Below are positions 9,642-19,686 of a stretch of DNA of 58,084 nt, piece after piece. Within the stretch, counting starts at the first letter, position 1. Each line of letters begins with the position of its first letter. The stretch is from a virus (taxonomy: Duplodnaviria; Caudoviricetes), in the IMG/VR virus record IMGVR_UViG_3300032285_005007, positions 1 to 58,084 of that record; one strand, given 5' to 3'. The position numbers and the translations under genes were made by a program. The notes beneath the pieces are model-generated. The model was not told the DNA's origin. It was given only the letters and a program-made list of their open reading frames with translations, and searched no databases.

Positions 9642-10373
9642 ATGGAAGAGTTTAAAACACCAACTGAAAAAGTTGAATTACCCTCAAAAGGTTTAGTATA
9701 TCCACCAGAAAATCCTTTAGCAAAAGGTTATGTAGAAATGAAATACATGACTGCTAAAGAAGAAGATATTCTTCTTAATTCAAACTATATCAAAAACGGT
9801 ACCGCTATTGATAAATTATTAAAGGCAATGATTGTAACTCCAATCAATTACGATGATTTGATTACTGGAGATAAAAATGCAATTATGATTGCTTCTCGTA
9901 TTTTAGGATATGGATCTGAATATACGTTTACATACAATGATGAAGAACATACAGTTGATTTATCTCAATTAGATTCTAAACCATTAGACGAATCCAAATT
10001 TACCCCAGGAGTAAATGAGTTTGATTATACATTCCCATTCTCTAAAACAAACATTACATTTAAATTCCTTCAACACCGTGATGAAAATAATATTCAACGC
10101 GAATTAGATGGACTTAAAAAAATTAATAAAGATAATTCCCCTGAATTATCAACTCGAATGAAATTCATGATCACATCAGTTGATGGAAATAGCGATTCAA
10201 AATTAATTCGAGAATTTGTAGATAAACATCTCTTAGCACGAGACGCTAAGTCTCTTAGAACATATATTAAAGATTTTCAGCCAGACGTAGATCTAACTTT
10301 TTTTCCCTCTGGGGAATCGGATAGAGTCTCTATCCCAATTGGGGTTAGGTTTTTTTGGCCTGACTTCGAATGA
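9642..10373 (+). CDS. T4 gp26-like baseplate hub assembly protein/tail assembly chaperone
   Basis: ELPSKG.VY and MTAKEEDIL motifs, C-terminal FFWP; lies between tube and tape measure genes. Confidence 0.75.
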   Translation: MEEFKTPTEKVELPSKGLVYPPENPLAKGYVEMKYMTAKEEDILLNSNYIKNGTAIDKLLKAMIVTPINYDDLITGDKNAIMIASRILGYGSEYTFTYNDEEHTVDLSQLDSKPLDESKFTPGVNEFDYTFPFSKTNITFKFLQHRDENNIQRELDGLKKINKDNSPELSTRMKFMITSVDGNSDSKLIREFVDKHLLARDAKSLRTYIKDFQPDVDLTFFPSGESDRVSIPIGVRFFWPDFE

Positions 10374-10650
10374 TGATTCGGCTCAAGTAAAATTAGCCAT
10401 TTACAAACAAATTCACCAAATTTGTTTTTTTGGAAAAGGAGGATATAGTTGGCCTGTTGTATACAACATGCCAATTTATCTTCGTCGTTTTGTCTTTAAT
10501 GAAATGAAACAATTTTATGAGGAAGAAAAAGCAGCAAATGAAAATGCTGCAAAGAAACATAAAACCTCTCCAAAAAACCCATCTTCCCAAACTCAAACAT
10601 TCAATATGGGAGTCCCCACTAAAGGCAAACCACCAGTATCGTATCAATAA
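10339..10650 (+). CDS. Tail assembly chaperone C-terminal extension, probably reached by frameshift
   Basis: Overlaps the previous gene in the +1 frame across a T7 run; only a TTG near its 5' end; YSW..VYNMP..LRR motif. Confidence 0.6.
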   Translation: MGLGFFGLTSNDDSAQVKLAIYKQIHQICFFGKGGYSWPVVYNMPIYLRRFVFNEMKQFYEEEKAANENAAKKHKTSPKNPSSQTQTFNMGVPTKGKPPVSYQ

Positions 10651-10665
10651 AAATTGATATTTTTG

Positions 10666-10674
10666 ATATTTATA
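10666..10674 (+). promoter_or_regulatory. Putative phage late promoter motif ATATTTATA
   Basis: Intergenic, upstream of the tape measure gene. Confidence 0.6.
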
Positions 10675-10691
10675 ATAAAATAATTTAGGAT

Positions 10692-12992
10692 ATGGCTGCT
10701 AATGATGATGCTAAAGAATTAAAAAGTCTTGTTGAACAGTGGAAAGATGTTACTAAACAACTTAATAATGAGTTAAAAACAACAAGATCTCTTGCTGCGG
10801 AATCATTATCACCTTTTGAATCTTTAGTTGATGTTTTTGACAAACTTGAAAAACATAAAATTCGAGAAAATCAATTAAGCTCCGAGGAATTAAAAAAATT
10901 ATCACTAAAAGTTCAATTAGAAAAAGAAAATTTAAATAATTCTAAAAAAGCTTTAGATGCAAGATTAGGTTTCCTTAAAGCACAAGAAAATGATTTAAAG
11001 AATAACCTTATAGGAATTAAAAAGACTACCAAAGCTTATAAGGAAACTGTTAAAACATTACAAGACGTTCAAAAGGAAATGAACAGTAATGTTGCTGCTT
11101 CTCATGAATTTGAAAAAAGAATTGAAGATACTACTAAAAGTGTTGAGGATTTAGAAAAAGCATTAGCTCAAGCCGCAAGTCAAGCTAAAAAACTCGAAAG
11201 TATAGATAAATTTAAAAAATCTTTGGATAAGATTTCCACCCCTATGGATAATATTCTTAACCCAATGAATCTTCTTAATAAAGCTATTAATTTTGCTGTT
11301 GGAGGAATATTAGAATATGATAAAAGATTAGGTGATACTGCTAAAAGTATGAATTTAACATACGGAGAAGCAGATAAATCTAATAAAGCTATGGTTGCAT
11401 TTGCAGATGCCTCCAAAAGCGCCTACGATAACTCAGAAGATTTAAATAAAACTGTAGTAGACTTAAATAAAAATTTAGGTACTTCAATAAAATTTGAACA
11501 ACTTACTGGTGCCCTTAAGGAAGATGTAGCCTTGATGTCTCAATTAGAAAACATAGCTGGATTAACCTCAGAAGAAACCCAAGGAATACTTAATTATACA
11601 TTAGCTACTAATCAATCAGCAACAAAAGCTACAAAAGATTTAATGGCTAATTATAGAGTAGCAGGTCTTAAACGTGGAGTTGTATTAAATGAAAAAGATG
11701 CTTTAAAAGAAGTATCAAAATTATCAAATTCCATCAAATTATCCACAGCTGGTGGTGCTGCTGGATTAGGTAAAGCTGTAGCAGCTGCTAAAGCATTAGG
11801 AACCGATTTGGGTAAAGTAGATGATATAGCAGGAAGCATCCTTAACTTTGAAGAATCCATTGAATCAGAATTAAGTGCAGAATTACTTACTGGTAAAAAT
11901 CTAAATCTAGAAAAAGCACGTGAAGCTGCTTTAAATAATGACCTAGCAACCCTTTCAGATGAAATAAAGAAAAATGTTGGTAGTACTGCTGAATTTAATG
12001 AAATGAATAGAATCCAACAGGATGCAATTGCAAAATCTGTTGGTATGACTCGTGAAGAATTAGCAACAACTTTAACTAACCAAGAAGCCTTAAAAAATAT
12101 AAGTGCCTCTTCTGTAGAAGATGCCCAAGAACAATATAATTTAGCAGTAAAAAACGGGAAAGAAAAAGAATTTTTAAATAAATTAGGAGATGAAGCATTA
12201 GGAAAACAATTTGAACAAACCCATATGCAAGAGGAAGCTGCAATCGCTCAAAAGAAAGCAAATGATTCAATAATTTCTGCTTTAGGTCCTATGGAAGAAC
12301 ATAAAAAGTCTTTTAAATTAATTTTAGATACTGTAATATCTATTATTAAAAATTTCGGGGCTTTTAAAGGACTTATAATTGCTGTAGGTGCTATTATGGC
12401 CACTAAATTAGTTGCCCAAGCAGGAATGGCTGCAGTTTCATTTGCCGCCCAATTAGCTTCAGCAATAGCTATGAAGAGAGCAATAAAACAACAATCCTCT
12501 GATATGGATCCCCTTATAGCAAAACAAGCCGCTCTTACTGCTTCTCAAGTAGCAGGTGCTGAAGCCGCTTCTTTTGGTACTGTTACAGTTGCTATTCTCT
12601 CGGGGCTTGCTTTAGTTGGAGCAGCAATAGCTGGATTCTCAATGATGAATGATGGTGTTATCTCCCCATCATCAGGAGGAAGTGGTTACGGAGATAGAGT
12701 AATGTATGGTCCTGAAGGTGCAATTTCATTCAACAATAAAGATACTATTGTAGCAGGAACGGATTTATTTAAATCTGATGATATGGTATCTGCCCCTAAA
12801 GGTGCAGTTCAAGTATCAAGCGGTAATAATTCATCTAGAGAAATAGCAGAATTAAGAAGCGCAATTATGGCTTTAGCTTCCCGACCAGTAAATGTATCAA
12901 TTGATGGTAAAAAAGTAATTGAAGCTACAACAGGTGCTAATCCAAACACACAAGGAGTGGAATCTGCTAAAAATAGCTTTAAAATGCAATAA
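10692..12992 (+). CDS. Tape measure protein
   Basis: 766 aa helical, Ala/Lys-rich, hydrophobic stretches near the C-terminus; follows the chaperone genes. Confidence 0.8.
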   Translation: MAANDDAKELKSLVEQWKDVTKQLNNELKTTRSLAAESLSPFESLVDVFDKLEKHKIRENQLSSEELKKLSLKVQLEKENLNNSKKALDARLGFLKAQENDLKNNLIGIKKTTKAYKETVKTLQDVQKEMNSNVAASHEFEKRIEDTTKSVEDLEKALAQAASQAKKLESIDKFKKSLDKISTPMDNILNPMNLLNKAINFAVGGILEYDKRLGDTAKSMNLTYGEADKSNKAMVAFADASKSAYDNSEDLNKTVVDLNKNLGTSIKFEQLTGALKEDVALMSQLENIAGLTSEETQGILNYTLATNQSATKATKDLMANYRVAGLKRGVVLNEKDALKEVSKLSNSIKLSTAGGAAGLGKAVAAAKALGTDLGKVDDIAGSILNFEESIESELSAELLTGKNLNLEKAREAALNNDLATLSDEIKKNVGSTAEFNEMNRIQQDAIAKSVGMTREELATTLTNQEALKNISASSVEDAQEQYNLAVKNGKEKEFLNKLGDEALGKQFEQTHMQEEAAIAQKKANDSIISALGPMEEHKKSFKLILDTVISIIKNFGAFKGLIIAVGAIMATKLVAQAGMAAVSFAAQLASAIAMKRAIKQQSSDMDPLIAKQAALTASQVAGAEAASFGTVTVAILSGLALVGAAIAGFSMMNDGVISPSSGGSGYGDRVMYGPEGAISFNNKDTIVAGTDLFKSDDMVSAPKGAVQVSSGNNSSREIAELRSAIMALASRPVNVSIDGKKVIEATTGANPNTQGVESAKNSFKMQ

Positions 12993-13019
12993 TATTTAAT
13001 ATTTATAAACAAAATAATT

Positions 13020-13298
13020 ATGGGACTTAAAGACAGACTCCAACAAGCAGGATCCAGCTTAACAGCATATGATGGAAATACCCCACCAATTAATCCTTTA
13101 GCTACAAACCAATCCACATTACATGCTATCGCCTCTGGACAACCAGGATACTCAGTATCTGGGATTAATTCAAACATAGTAAATGGGCAATACCAGCAAT
13201 ATCAAGATGGAGCCCCTAATAGCTTACCATTCCCATCTAATTTAGATTTAAATAACGGATTTACACCATTTCAATATTTGAATAATCCACCTCATTAA
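13020..13298 (+). CDS. Hypothetical structural protein (paralog of the next gene)
   Basis: Shares NPLAT.QSTLH, GYSV and Y.DG..N..P.P..LD with 13305..13709; late motif at 12999-13007. Confidence 0.7.
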   Translation: MGLKDRLQQAGSSLTAYDGNTPPINPLATNQSTLHAIASGQPGYSVSGINSNIVNGQYQQYQDGAPNSLPFPSNLDLNNGFTPFQYLNNPPH

Positions 13299-13304
13299 GA
13301 TATT

Positions 13305-13709
13305 ATGTCTAATGGATTATTACATAAATTTAATAGTGGTGGATCTAACTATGCTTTAACTAATAACATAGGTTCCACTAACCCTTCTACCGACCCGATA
13401 GAAGAAAAACTTGTTATGGAAGGTTCCCCTTACTCAGCTAATAATGGACAAGGTGTACCGGTAAATCCCTTAGCTACTAAACAATCAACACTTCATTACG
13501 ATACAAAAACAAATTCAGAAGGATATTCAGTAATTGGGGGGAAATCAACATCATTAACAACTAATAATTATTCTTCTTATAGAGATGGAACAACAAATGC
13601 AATCCCATTACCAACCACTTTAGATCCTAATGATCCTACTGGTGGTGACCCCATCTATAAATTAAAATATACTTCAAAAAACCCGTACGAAAAAAGTACT
13701 TTTCAATAA
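13305..13709 (+). CDS. Hypothetical structural protein (paralog of the previous gene)
   Basis: Shared motifs as above. Confidence 0.7.
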   Translation: MSNGLLHKFNSGGSNYALTNNIGSTNPSTDPIEEKLVMEGSPYSANNGQGVPVNPLATKQSTLHYDTKTNSEGYSVIGGKSTSLTTNNYSSYRDGTTNAIPLPTTLDPNDPTGGDPIYKLKYTSKNPYEKSTFQ

Positions 13710-13715
13710 ACATAT

Positions 13716-15689
13716 ATGGGACTTTACCAAATACTAACAGATCCACAAAACTTTAAATTTTACGCGGAAAAATCTTTTCCTGGCGTTAATGCTAAGTTTA
13801 CAAATGATACATTTGGTCAAAAAAGTATTGGATTTGGAGATTCAAGCCAACCATATATTCAAATTTCACCACCACCAGTTGTAGGACCTACAACAGGTAC
13901 TGGACTTCAAAAAATAGAAGATAATATCCGATACAATTCTAAATCTTGGGGTCCTGATTTTTTAAATAGAGGTAATCTTTTTGGAGCTGTTAGAACAGCT
14001 GATGATGTAACAAGATTAACAAAATATTTTTTTGACAAAAGAAATATTAGCGGTTATTTATTTATTGCCAAACAAAATTTACTTTCTAGAATGTCTCCAT
14101 CCACTGAGGCATCAACCGGTGTAGCTTACGGTTTAGGTAATTTTAATGCAGGTGTTTACACCCCAGCTTCAACAATAGGACAAGCGGCATTAAGTATTAT
14201 TGAAGGGCATTTACTTAAACAAGGTATTGATCCTACGGGATTAATTAATCCCTTAAGTATTAAAACATACCAACAAGCAATATATAAGAATCAACTAGAA
14301 GAAGGAACAGATTTTGAAAAAAATAATCGCTTAATCAAATTAAGTAGTCTATCATATCGCACTGAATCTGAAATTGAAAATTTAAATTCTTTAATTGCTT
14401 CTCCATATAAAGTTAGAAAAAAGCCAAATTTTTTTATGTCTTATGGAGGTGGACCCGACTCAGTTTTAGGAATAGGTCCAACTCGAATTAAATATGCTAC
14501 AGATAATACTGGAGAAAACGCATTAACTACCGTTACTAATAGAACAGGATTAAAAAGTATTATGTACTTTCAAGATCCAACACCATTAACATGGGATCGA
14601 AAAGATCTTTCCCAACCTAGTAAAAATGTAGATGTTACTATATCAGAAGATTTTAGAAAAAGATTAGTAGATAGCGCAACCCCAGGACAACAAATATTTC
14701 TTAGTATTTCTCCTAGTTATAAACTAGATGCTAATGTTAGTGGAAGTTCAACAACAGGTAATATTGAAAAAAGAACTAACTTTAGAGGAGCAGGATCACG
14801 TGGAAATAGAAAAAATTATCAAGAAGGTAAAAAAGATCCTACTTCTGGAAAAGTATTAGGTCCAACAGATATTATTAATGCTGTTCCTATATATCAAGGA
14901 ACTACTCCATCCAATAATGACATATTAAAGGATATGATTGATTTCCGTATAGGAATTTATGATAATGATACAATTGGGCAGGGTAATATTATCCAACTTA
15001 ATTGGATGCATTTTAGAGTCCTTTTAGATGAGTTCTCTGATTCGTATGGTGCTGATTGGAAAGCAATAAACTATATGGGTAGAGCAGAAAATTTTTATAA
15101 ATATGAATCATTTAAAAGAGATATTTCAATTGGATTTACTGTAGCGGCTCAATCAAAACAAGAATTATTACCAATATATAGAAAATTAAATTATTTAGCT
15201 TCTTCATTAGCACCTAGCTATTCTACTAATGGTTTTATCCGTGGGAACTTATCACAAATTACTTTAGGTAACTGGCTTTGGGAACAACCCGGATTTATTA
15301 GTTCAGTAGACTTATCTATCCCTGATGATTCCCCTTGGGAAATCAATCTACCAGTAGACGGAGATAAAAATAATCTAGATTCAAATGTCAAACAGGTTCC
15401 TCATATGGTTAATGTAAAAATTAAATTTACCCCAATCCATCGTTTCAGGCCAGAAATTACTAAATTATCCAACCAACCAAACCCAGATAAATTCTCAGAA
15501 GATAATATTACATTTTACGATTCAATATATGGTCCTCAAAGATATATTTCTTTACAAGATAAAAAAACTAATGGATATGATGTTAATGCATTAAATAATA
15601 TTCAGGCATATTATGATAGCGGACAAGTTGCTTTCACTCTCCCAACAAATGAAGATCTTCTTAATGAGTCTTACCCCAACCCAGAATAA
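13716..15689 (+). CDS. Baseplate/tail tube initiator-like protein
   Basis: C-terminal domain W....YMGRAE.FYKY..F.RDISIGF.V...ITLGNW....PGFI.SV resembles tube-initiator folds; position after the tape measure. Confidence 0.55.
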   Translation: MGLYQILTDPQNFKFYAEKSFPGVNAKFTNDTFGQKSIGFGDSSQPYIQISPPPVVGPTTGTGLQKIEDNIRYNSKSWGPDFLNRGNLFGAVRTADDVTRLTKYFFDKRNISGYLFIAKQNLLSRMSPSTEASTGVAYGLGNFNAGVYTPASTIGQAALSIIEGHLLKQGIDPTGLINPLSIKTYQQAIYKNQLEEGTDFEKNNRLIKLSSLSYRTESEIENLNSLIASPYKVRKKPNFFMSYGGGPDSVLGIGPTRIKYATDNTGENALTTVTNRTGLKSIMYFQDPTPLTWDRKDLSQPSKNVDVTISEDFRKRLVDSATPGQQIFLSISPSYKLDANVSGSSTTGNIEKRTNFRGAGSRGNRKNYQEGKKDPTSGKVLGPTDIINAVPIYQGTTPSNNDILKDMIDFRIGIYDNDTIGQGNIIQLNWMHFRVLLDEFSDSYGADWKAINYMGRAENFYKYESFKRDISIGFTVAAQSKQELLPIYRKLNYLASSLAPSYSTNGFIRGNLSQITLGNWLWEQPGFISSVDLSIPDDSPWEINLPVDGDKNNLDSNVKQVPHMVNVKIKFTPIHRFRPEITKLSNQPNPDKFSEDNITFYDSIYGPQRYISLQDKKTNGYDVNALNNIQAYYDSGQVAFTLPTNEDLLNESYPNPE

Positions 15690-15691
15690 TC

Positions 15692-16003
15692 ATGAATAGA
15701 TATAATGTAGCCCAAATCATTAAAACCCCAGAGGATCCAAGAAGAAGATATACAAATATTAAATATCCTTCGATTTTTCCAACTTCTGCCGATATTTATG
15801 TATATACGGGTCAAGGAGATAGATATGATACTTTGGCTTTAACATATTATAGTGATACTACATTATGGTGGGTTATTAGTAGAGCTAATCCTTCCCAACC
15901 AAATGATACATTATATCCGAGTGTTGGAGCCCAAATTAGAATACCTGCAACTTCAAGAATCCCACAATTGATAGCAGCATTTCAGAATTTAAATAATATT
16001 TAA
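15692..16003 (+). CDS. LysM-like baseplate wedge/tail X protein
   Basis: GDRYDTLA..YY.D..LWWVI..AN...G.QIRIP. Confidence 0.8.
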   Translation: MNRYNVAQIIKTPEDPRRRYTNIKYPSIFPTSADIYVYTGQGDRYDTLALTYYSDTTLWWVISRANPSQPNDTLYPSVGAQIRIPATSRIPQLIAAFQNLNNI

Positions 16004-16016
16004 AATATAAAAAGTT

Positions 16017-18662
16017 ATGGCACTAGTAGGAGAACCAATCCCAGATTACGTTCAACGTCAGATACAAGTTAGACAAGCCTCTTATGGTAGTGGTAGTCTT
16101 CCTGATCTTCCAAGAACTGATGAAATTTTACTTCATCAAAATGCAGGTAATGCCTTTATCAAAATGGCATCTGGCGTCTCAGTTTCTTCAAAAAAATTAG
16201 AAGAAATGGGGTTTGACACATCTAATGTTGAACAATTAAAGGGGATGGGTCTTGCTAAAAATTATGTTTTATTTGGTGGGACTGCTCAAATATCTCAATT
16301 TAATAACGATCGTGGAGGAACCGATGGGATTTTATTTCAAAAAACAGAATTTTTAGGAGATAATGGAGCATACAGTCTTGAAAATGATTTTGGTATTGTT
16401 CCAATGCCTGGTATAGAAAGTTTAGAAATAAAAGCATTAAACCGAGGTTCATTAAAAAAAGCAACAGTTAAATTAACTGCCCAAACCAGAAATCAACTTG
16501 CTATTCTAGATGTTTTGTATATGCGTTTAGGATACACTGTTTTACTTGAGTGGGGGAATTCAATTTATATGGCTTCTTCTAATCGTGAAAAAAAAGATGG
16601 AAATATTGAATCTGGAAGATTACAAAAAATGTATACCTCTATTATTGAGGACAATGCTTTATTTTTCAATAGTTCATGGTCATCCCATAAATCATATAGT
16701 GATATTTCAACTAAAATAGCTAAAGTTAGAGAATTATATGATGGTAATTATGATGCTTTATTAGGTAAAGTTTCTAATTTCAACTGGTCATTTAACCCCG
16801 ATGGTTCGTATAGTATAGAACTTACTATTATTAGTTTAGGTGATATAGTTGAATCATTAAAAACCAATGTCCCAGCATCATATGAAACATTAGCATATGT
16901 TGATCAAAATGACCTTACTTGGGCTACTGAAGGTGAACCTATTGACCAACATAGAAAAGATAATATTATTCTTTCCTTACTTCATGTATTTCGATTAGTA
17001 AACATATCACCAACAGGAACAGCTATTACTATATATACCAAAAAAGGTAATGACCCCAATTTTGGAAAAAAAGCAACTCTTGGAAATTTATTAGTTGAAG
17101 GAGAAGCTAAACTTTCTACTTCCGATCACTTTTTAACAGAAACTGTTAGAGTAGGATTCCAAGATAATGAAAAATGGATATCATCTGAAGATTTAGTTGA
17201 AGGATATTATGATTCTGATGGGCGAATCCTTACAGAAAAAGAAGCTAAAGAAATAGCATCAAACCAAAAAATAGAATTAAAAGATCTTAAAGGTTATGGG
17301 TATGGAAAATTTTCCAAATTAAGAAATTATGGTCAAAACAATACCGAATATATAGACTATGCCAAAATAGTATTTTCGGGCCCAGAAGCATCTTATGCCT
17401 ATTCAGAGACCAACACAACAGTATTTTCAGAAGTTGATTGGAAAACATATAATGAAATTCCCGAAGCCGATCAATTAACAGATCCTTCAATATCCAACAA
17501 CCCTATTGTTTTATTTAGGAAAAAATTTGTAGATGAATATTCAGGGTTCACTCTTAAAGGAACAAAAAAGTTAGGAAATAATTCTAATTTTTCTCCACAA
17601 TTCTTAATTCAAGGTCGTTTCCTTAGAGCTAATGATAGTTTCATAAATGCATTAGGGAGTGAAACAAACCCTAATACTATTAAATTTGCTCAAGCAATTT
17701 CCAAATCTCTCAGCTCAAAAAATTTCAAATCTTTCAAAAATCCATTAAAAGGAACAGGATATCAAGAAAAAGATGCTTTTGTAATAAAATTGGATAAACC
17801 TCAATACTATGTAAGATTAGGATATTTATTAAGTTTACTTAAACAAAAAGTTATTACTCGTGTAAAAATCAATGCGGCTAAATATGATGATAACCCAAAC
17901 ATATTTGATATAGATACATCAGATAATAATAAGATGTTATGCCTACCTCTTCAGATTTCATTTGATTGGAGAACATGTATAGTAAGCCGAAAAGATTTTT
18001 ATAGAGATTCATGGCAACAAAACATCCTCCCAGAAATAAATGAATGGCGTATAGGTGAGACTAATACGGCAAATATTATGAATATCTATTTGAATTTTAA
18101 TTTTCTTGCAGATGCCATGTCTTCTAATATGGATGAACGAGGAAATATTTCGGTATATGATTTTATTAAATCTATATGTGATGGGATTAATAAAGCTATG
18201 GCTGGAGTAAATAACTTAGAACCAGTTATAGATGAAGATACTAATACATTACAAATATTTGAATCTTCTCCTATTCCAAAAGATTCACCACCATCAAAAT
18301 ATACTCTTCAACTTTATGGCTATGGGAATGGAGCTACGAGTCCTGCAGGGAATTCAACATTTGTTAGAAAAGTAGACCTAAAAACAGCTATCACCCCAGA
18401 ATATGCTACTATGATTACAGTTGGAGCAACAGCTAATGGATATGTTAAAGGAACTGAAGCAACAGCATTTGCTAGATGGAATGACGGTTTAACAGATAGA
18501 TTTAAAACAGAATTAATAGCAGCTGATAAAGATACTAACGATGATGCTAAAGGAACTCGTGAAGATACTGCTAATAGTTTTAACCAAGCTATGAGTTGGA
18601 ATGCCAAATGTTTTGGAATAGAAGGAGGAGGTAATCTTTGGGACATGTTCCCTTCAATATAA
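16017..18662 (+). CDS. Baseplate hub protein (gp27-like), large N-terminal subunit
   Basis: PMPGI, YMRLGYTVLLEWG, YDALLGKVSNF.WS..PDGSY motifs; position after the LysM gene; appears to lack the terminal hub strands seen in the next three genes. Confidence 0.6.
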   Translation: MALVGEPIPDYVQRQIQVRQASYGSGSLPDLPRTDEILLHQNAGNAFIKMASGVSVSSKKLEEMGFDTSNVEQLKGMGLAKNYVLFGGTAQISQFNNDRGGTDGILFQKTEFLGDNGAYSLENDFGIVPMPGIESLEIKALNRGSLKKATVKLTAQTRNQLAILDVLYMRLGYTVLLEWGNSIYMASSNREKKDGNIESGRLQKMYTSIIEDNALFFNSSWSSHKSYSDISTKIAKVRELYDGNYDALLGKVSNFNWSFNPDGSYSIELTIISLGDIVESLKTNVPASYETLAYVDQNDLTWATEGEPIDQHRKDNIILSLLHVFRLVNISPTGTAITIYTKKGNDPNFGKKATLGNLLVEGEAKLSTSDHFLTETVRVGFQDNEKWISSEDLVEGYYDSDGRILTEKEAKEIASNQKIELKDLKGYGYGKFSKLRNYGQNNTEYIDYAKIVFSGPEASYAYSETNTTVFSEVDWKTYNEIPEADQLTDPSISNNPIVLFRKKFVDEYSGFTLKGTKKLGNNSNFSPQFLIQGRFLRANDSFINALGSETNPNTIKFAQAISKSLSSKNFKSFKNPLKGTGYQEKDAFVIKLDKPQYYVRLGYLLSLLKQKVITRVKINAAKYDDNPNIFDIDTSDNNKMLCLPLQISFDWRTCIVSRKDFYRDSWQQNILPEINEWRIGETNTANIMNIYLNFNFLADAMSSNMDERGNISVYDFIKSICDGINKAMAGVNNLEPVIDEDTNTLQIFESSPIPKDSPPSKYTLQLYGYGNGATSPAGNSTFVRKVDLKTAITPEYATMITVGATANGYVKGTEATAFARWNDGLTDRFKTELIAADKDTNDDAKGTREDTANSFNQAMSWNAKCFGIEGGGNLWDMFPSI

Positions 18663-18670
18663 TTTAAATT

Positions 18671-19684
18671 ATGCCCAGTAGTTTTGTAGAATCAAGAATA
18701 AACCAAAATCTAGAAGTAGCAACAGAATACTTTAAAGCTTTGGTTTCTGAAAATAAAAAAAGTACCACTGATAAAATAAAACAATCAGCCGGTTCTATAG
18801 GTTTTATTCCTTATAACGTATCATTTACTATGGATGGTTTAGGTGGAATTAAAATTTATAATGAGTTAGTTTTAGATACTAGCTTTTTACCTCCTGGATA
18901 CACCAGCACAACCGAATTTATTGTAACCGGAGTAAATCATAAAATACAAAACGGGGATTGGGAAACAGATATTAATGTTACTTTAATCCCAAGAACTAGT
19001 CCTATAACTGATGCTCTTACAGGTAGTCTTCAAATATTTGGTCAAATTGAAACGGCACCTGTAAACCCACCAAGTACTTTGGGTTCTACTAACGGTGCTT
19101 CTGTATTAGGAGATGAGGCTGATTTTTGGTCTTTATTAACTATTTGTATTTTTGAAGATGGAGATGATCAAGGACGTGCGGATGTAGCTCAATCTATTTA
19201 TAATAGAGCTCTATCAGGGGTTTATTCATCAACAATTGCAGCAGTTGTCAAAAGAGATGGACAGTATGAACCTGCATTTGCCTCAGGAACTAAAGTAACA
19301 TCAACTGCATGGAAAAATATCAAAGATAAAGCTACAGCTATTGCTGCTGTAAGATCAACAAAACCATCAACCTATACTACTGACCAATTAGCACTAGATG
19401 CTCTTAAAAGCGTATATAATGTTTTAAGTAATCCAACATTCCAAAATCAATCAAAATCATTCGTTCAAGGTCGTACAGACTTTTTAAGTATTACTCAAGG
19501 TTCAGTTAGTAGTAGAAATTCATCAGTTGGTGCTGGGCCAAATGATCCAACAGGTAAACGTGGAACCTTTGTAATGAGAAGTACTGGAGGAGGAAATAAT
19601 GTATTTGGTTGGGCATATAATTATACCAAAAATGTTATAGCACAACCACCAGACCAAAATTGGTGGAATAAATATAAATTTTAA
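18671..19684 (+). CDS. Hub C-terminal cassette 1 with SleB/Hydrolase_2-like cell wall hydrolase
   Basis: Shared ~125 aa N-terminus; C-terminal E....QGRADVAQSIYNR...VV..DGQYEP. Confidence 0.7.
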   Translation: MPSSFVESRINQNLEVATEYFKALVSENKKSTTDKIKQSAGSIGFIPYNVSFTMDGLGGIKIYNELVLDTSFLPPGYTSTTEFIVTGVNHKIQNGDWETDINVTLIPRTSPITDALTGSLQIFGQIETAPVNPPSTLGSTNGASVLGDEADFWSLLTICIFEDGDDQGRADVAQSIYNRALSGVYSSTIAAVVKRDGQYEPAFASGTKVTSTAWKNIKDKATAIAAVRSTKPSTYTTDQLALDALKSVYNVLSNPTFQNQSKSFVQGRTDFLSITQGSVSSRNSSVGAGPNDPTGKRGTFVMRSTGGGNNVFGWAYNYTKNVIAQPPDQNWWNKYKF

Positions 19685-19686
19685 TT

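Noticed and set aside
18651-18680. Frameshift or readthrough fusing the hub gene to cassette 1
   Set aside because: The hub stops at TAA 18660-18662, the cassette frame has its own TAA at 18665-18667, and readthrough in the hub frame hits TAG within a few codons. Independent initiation is more plausible.
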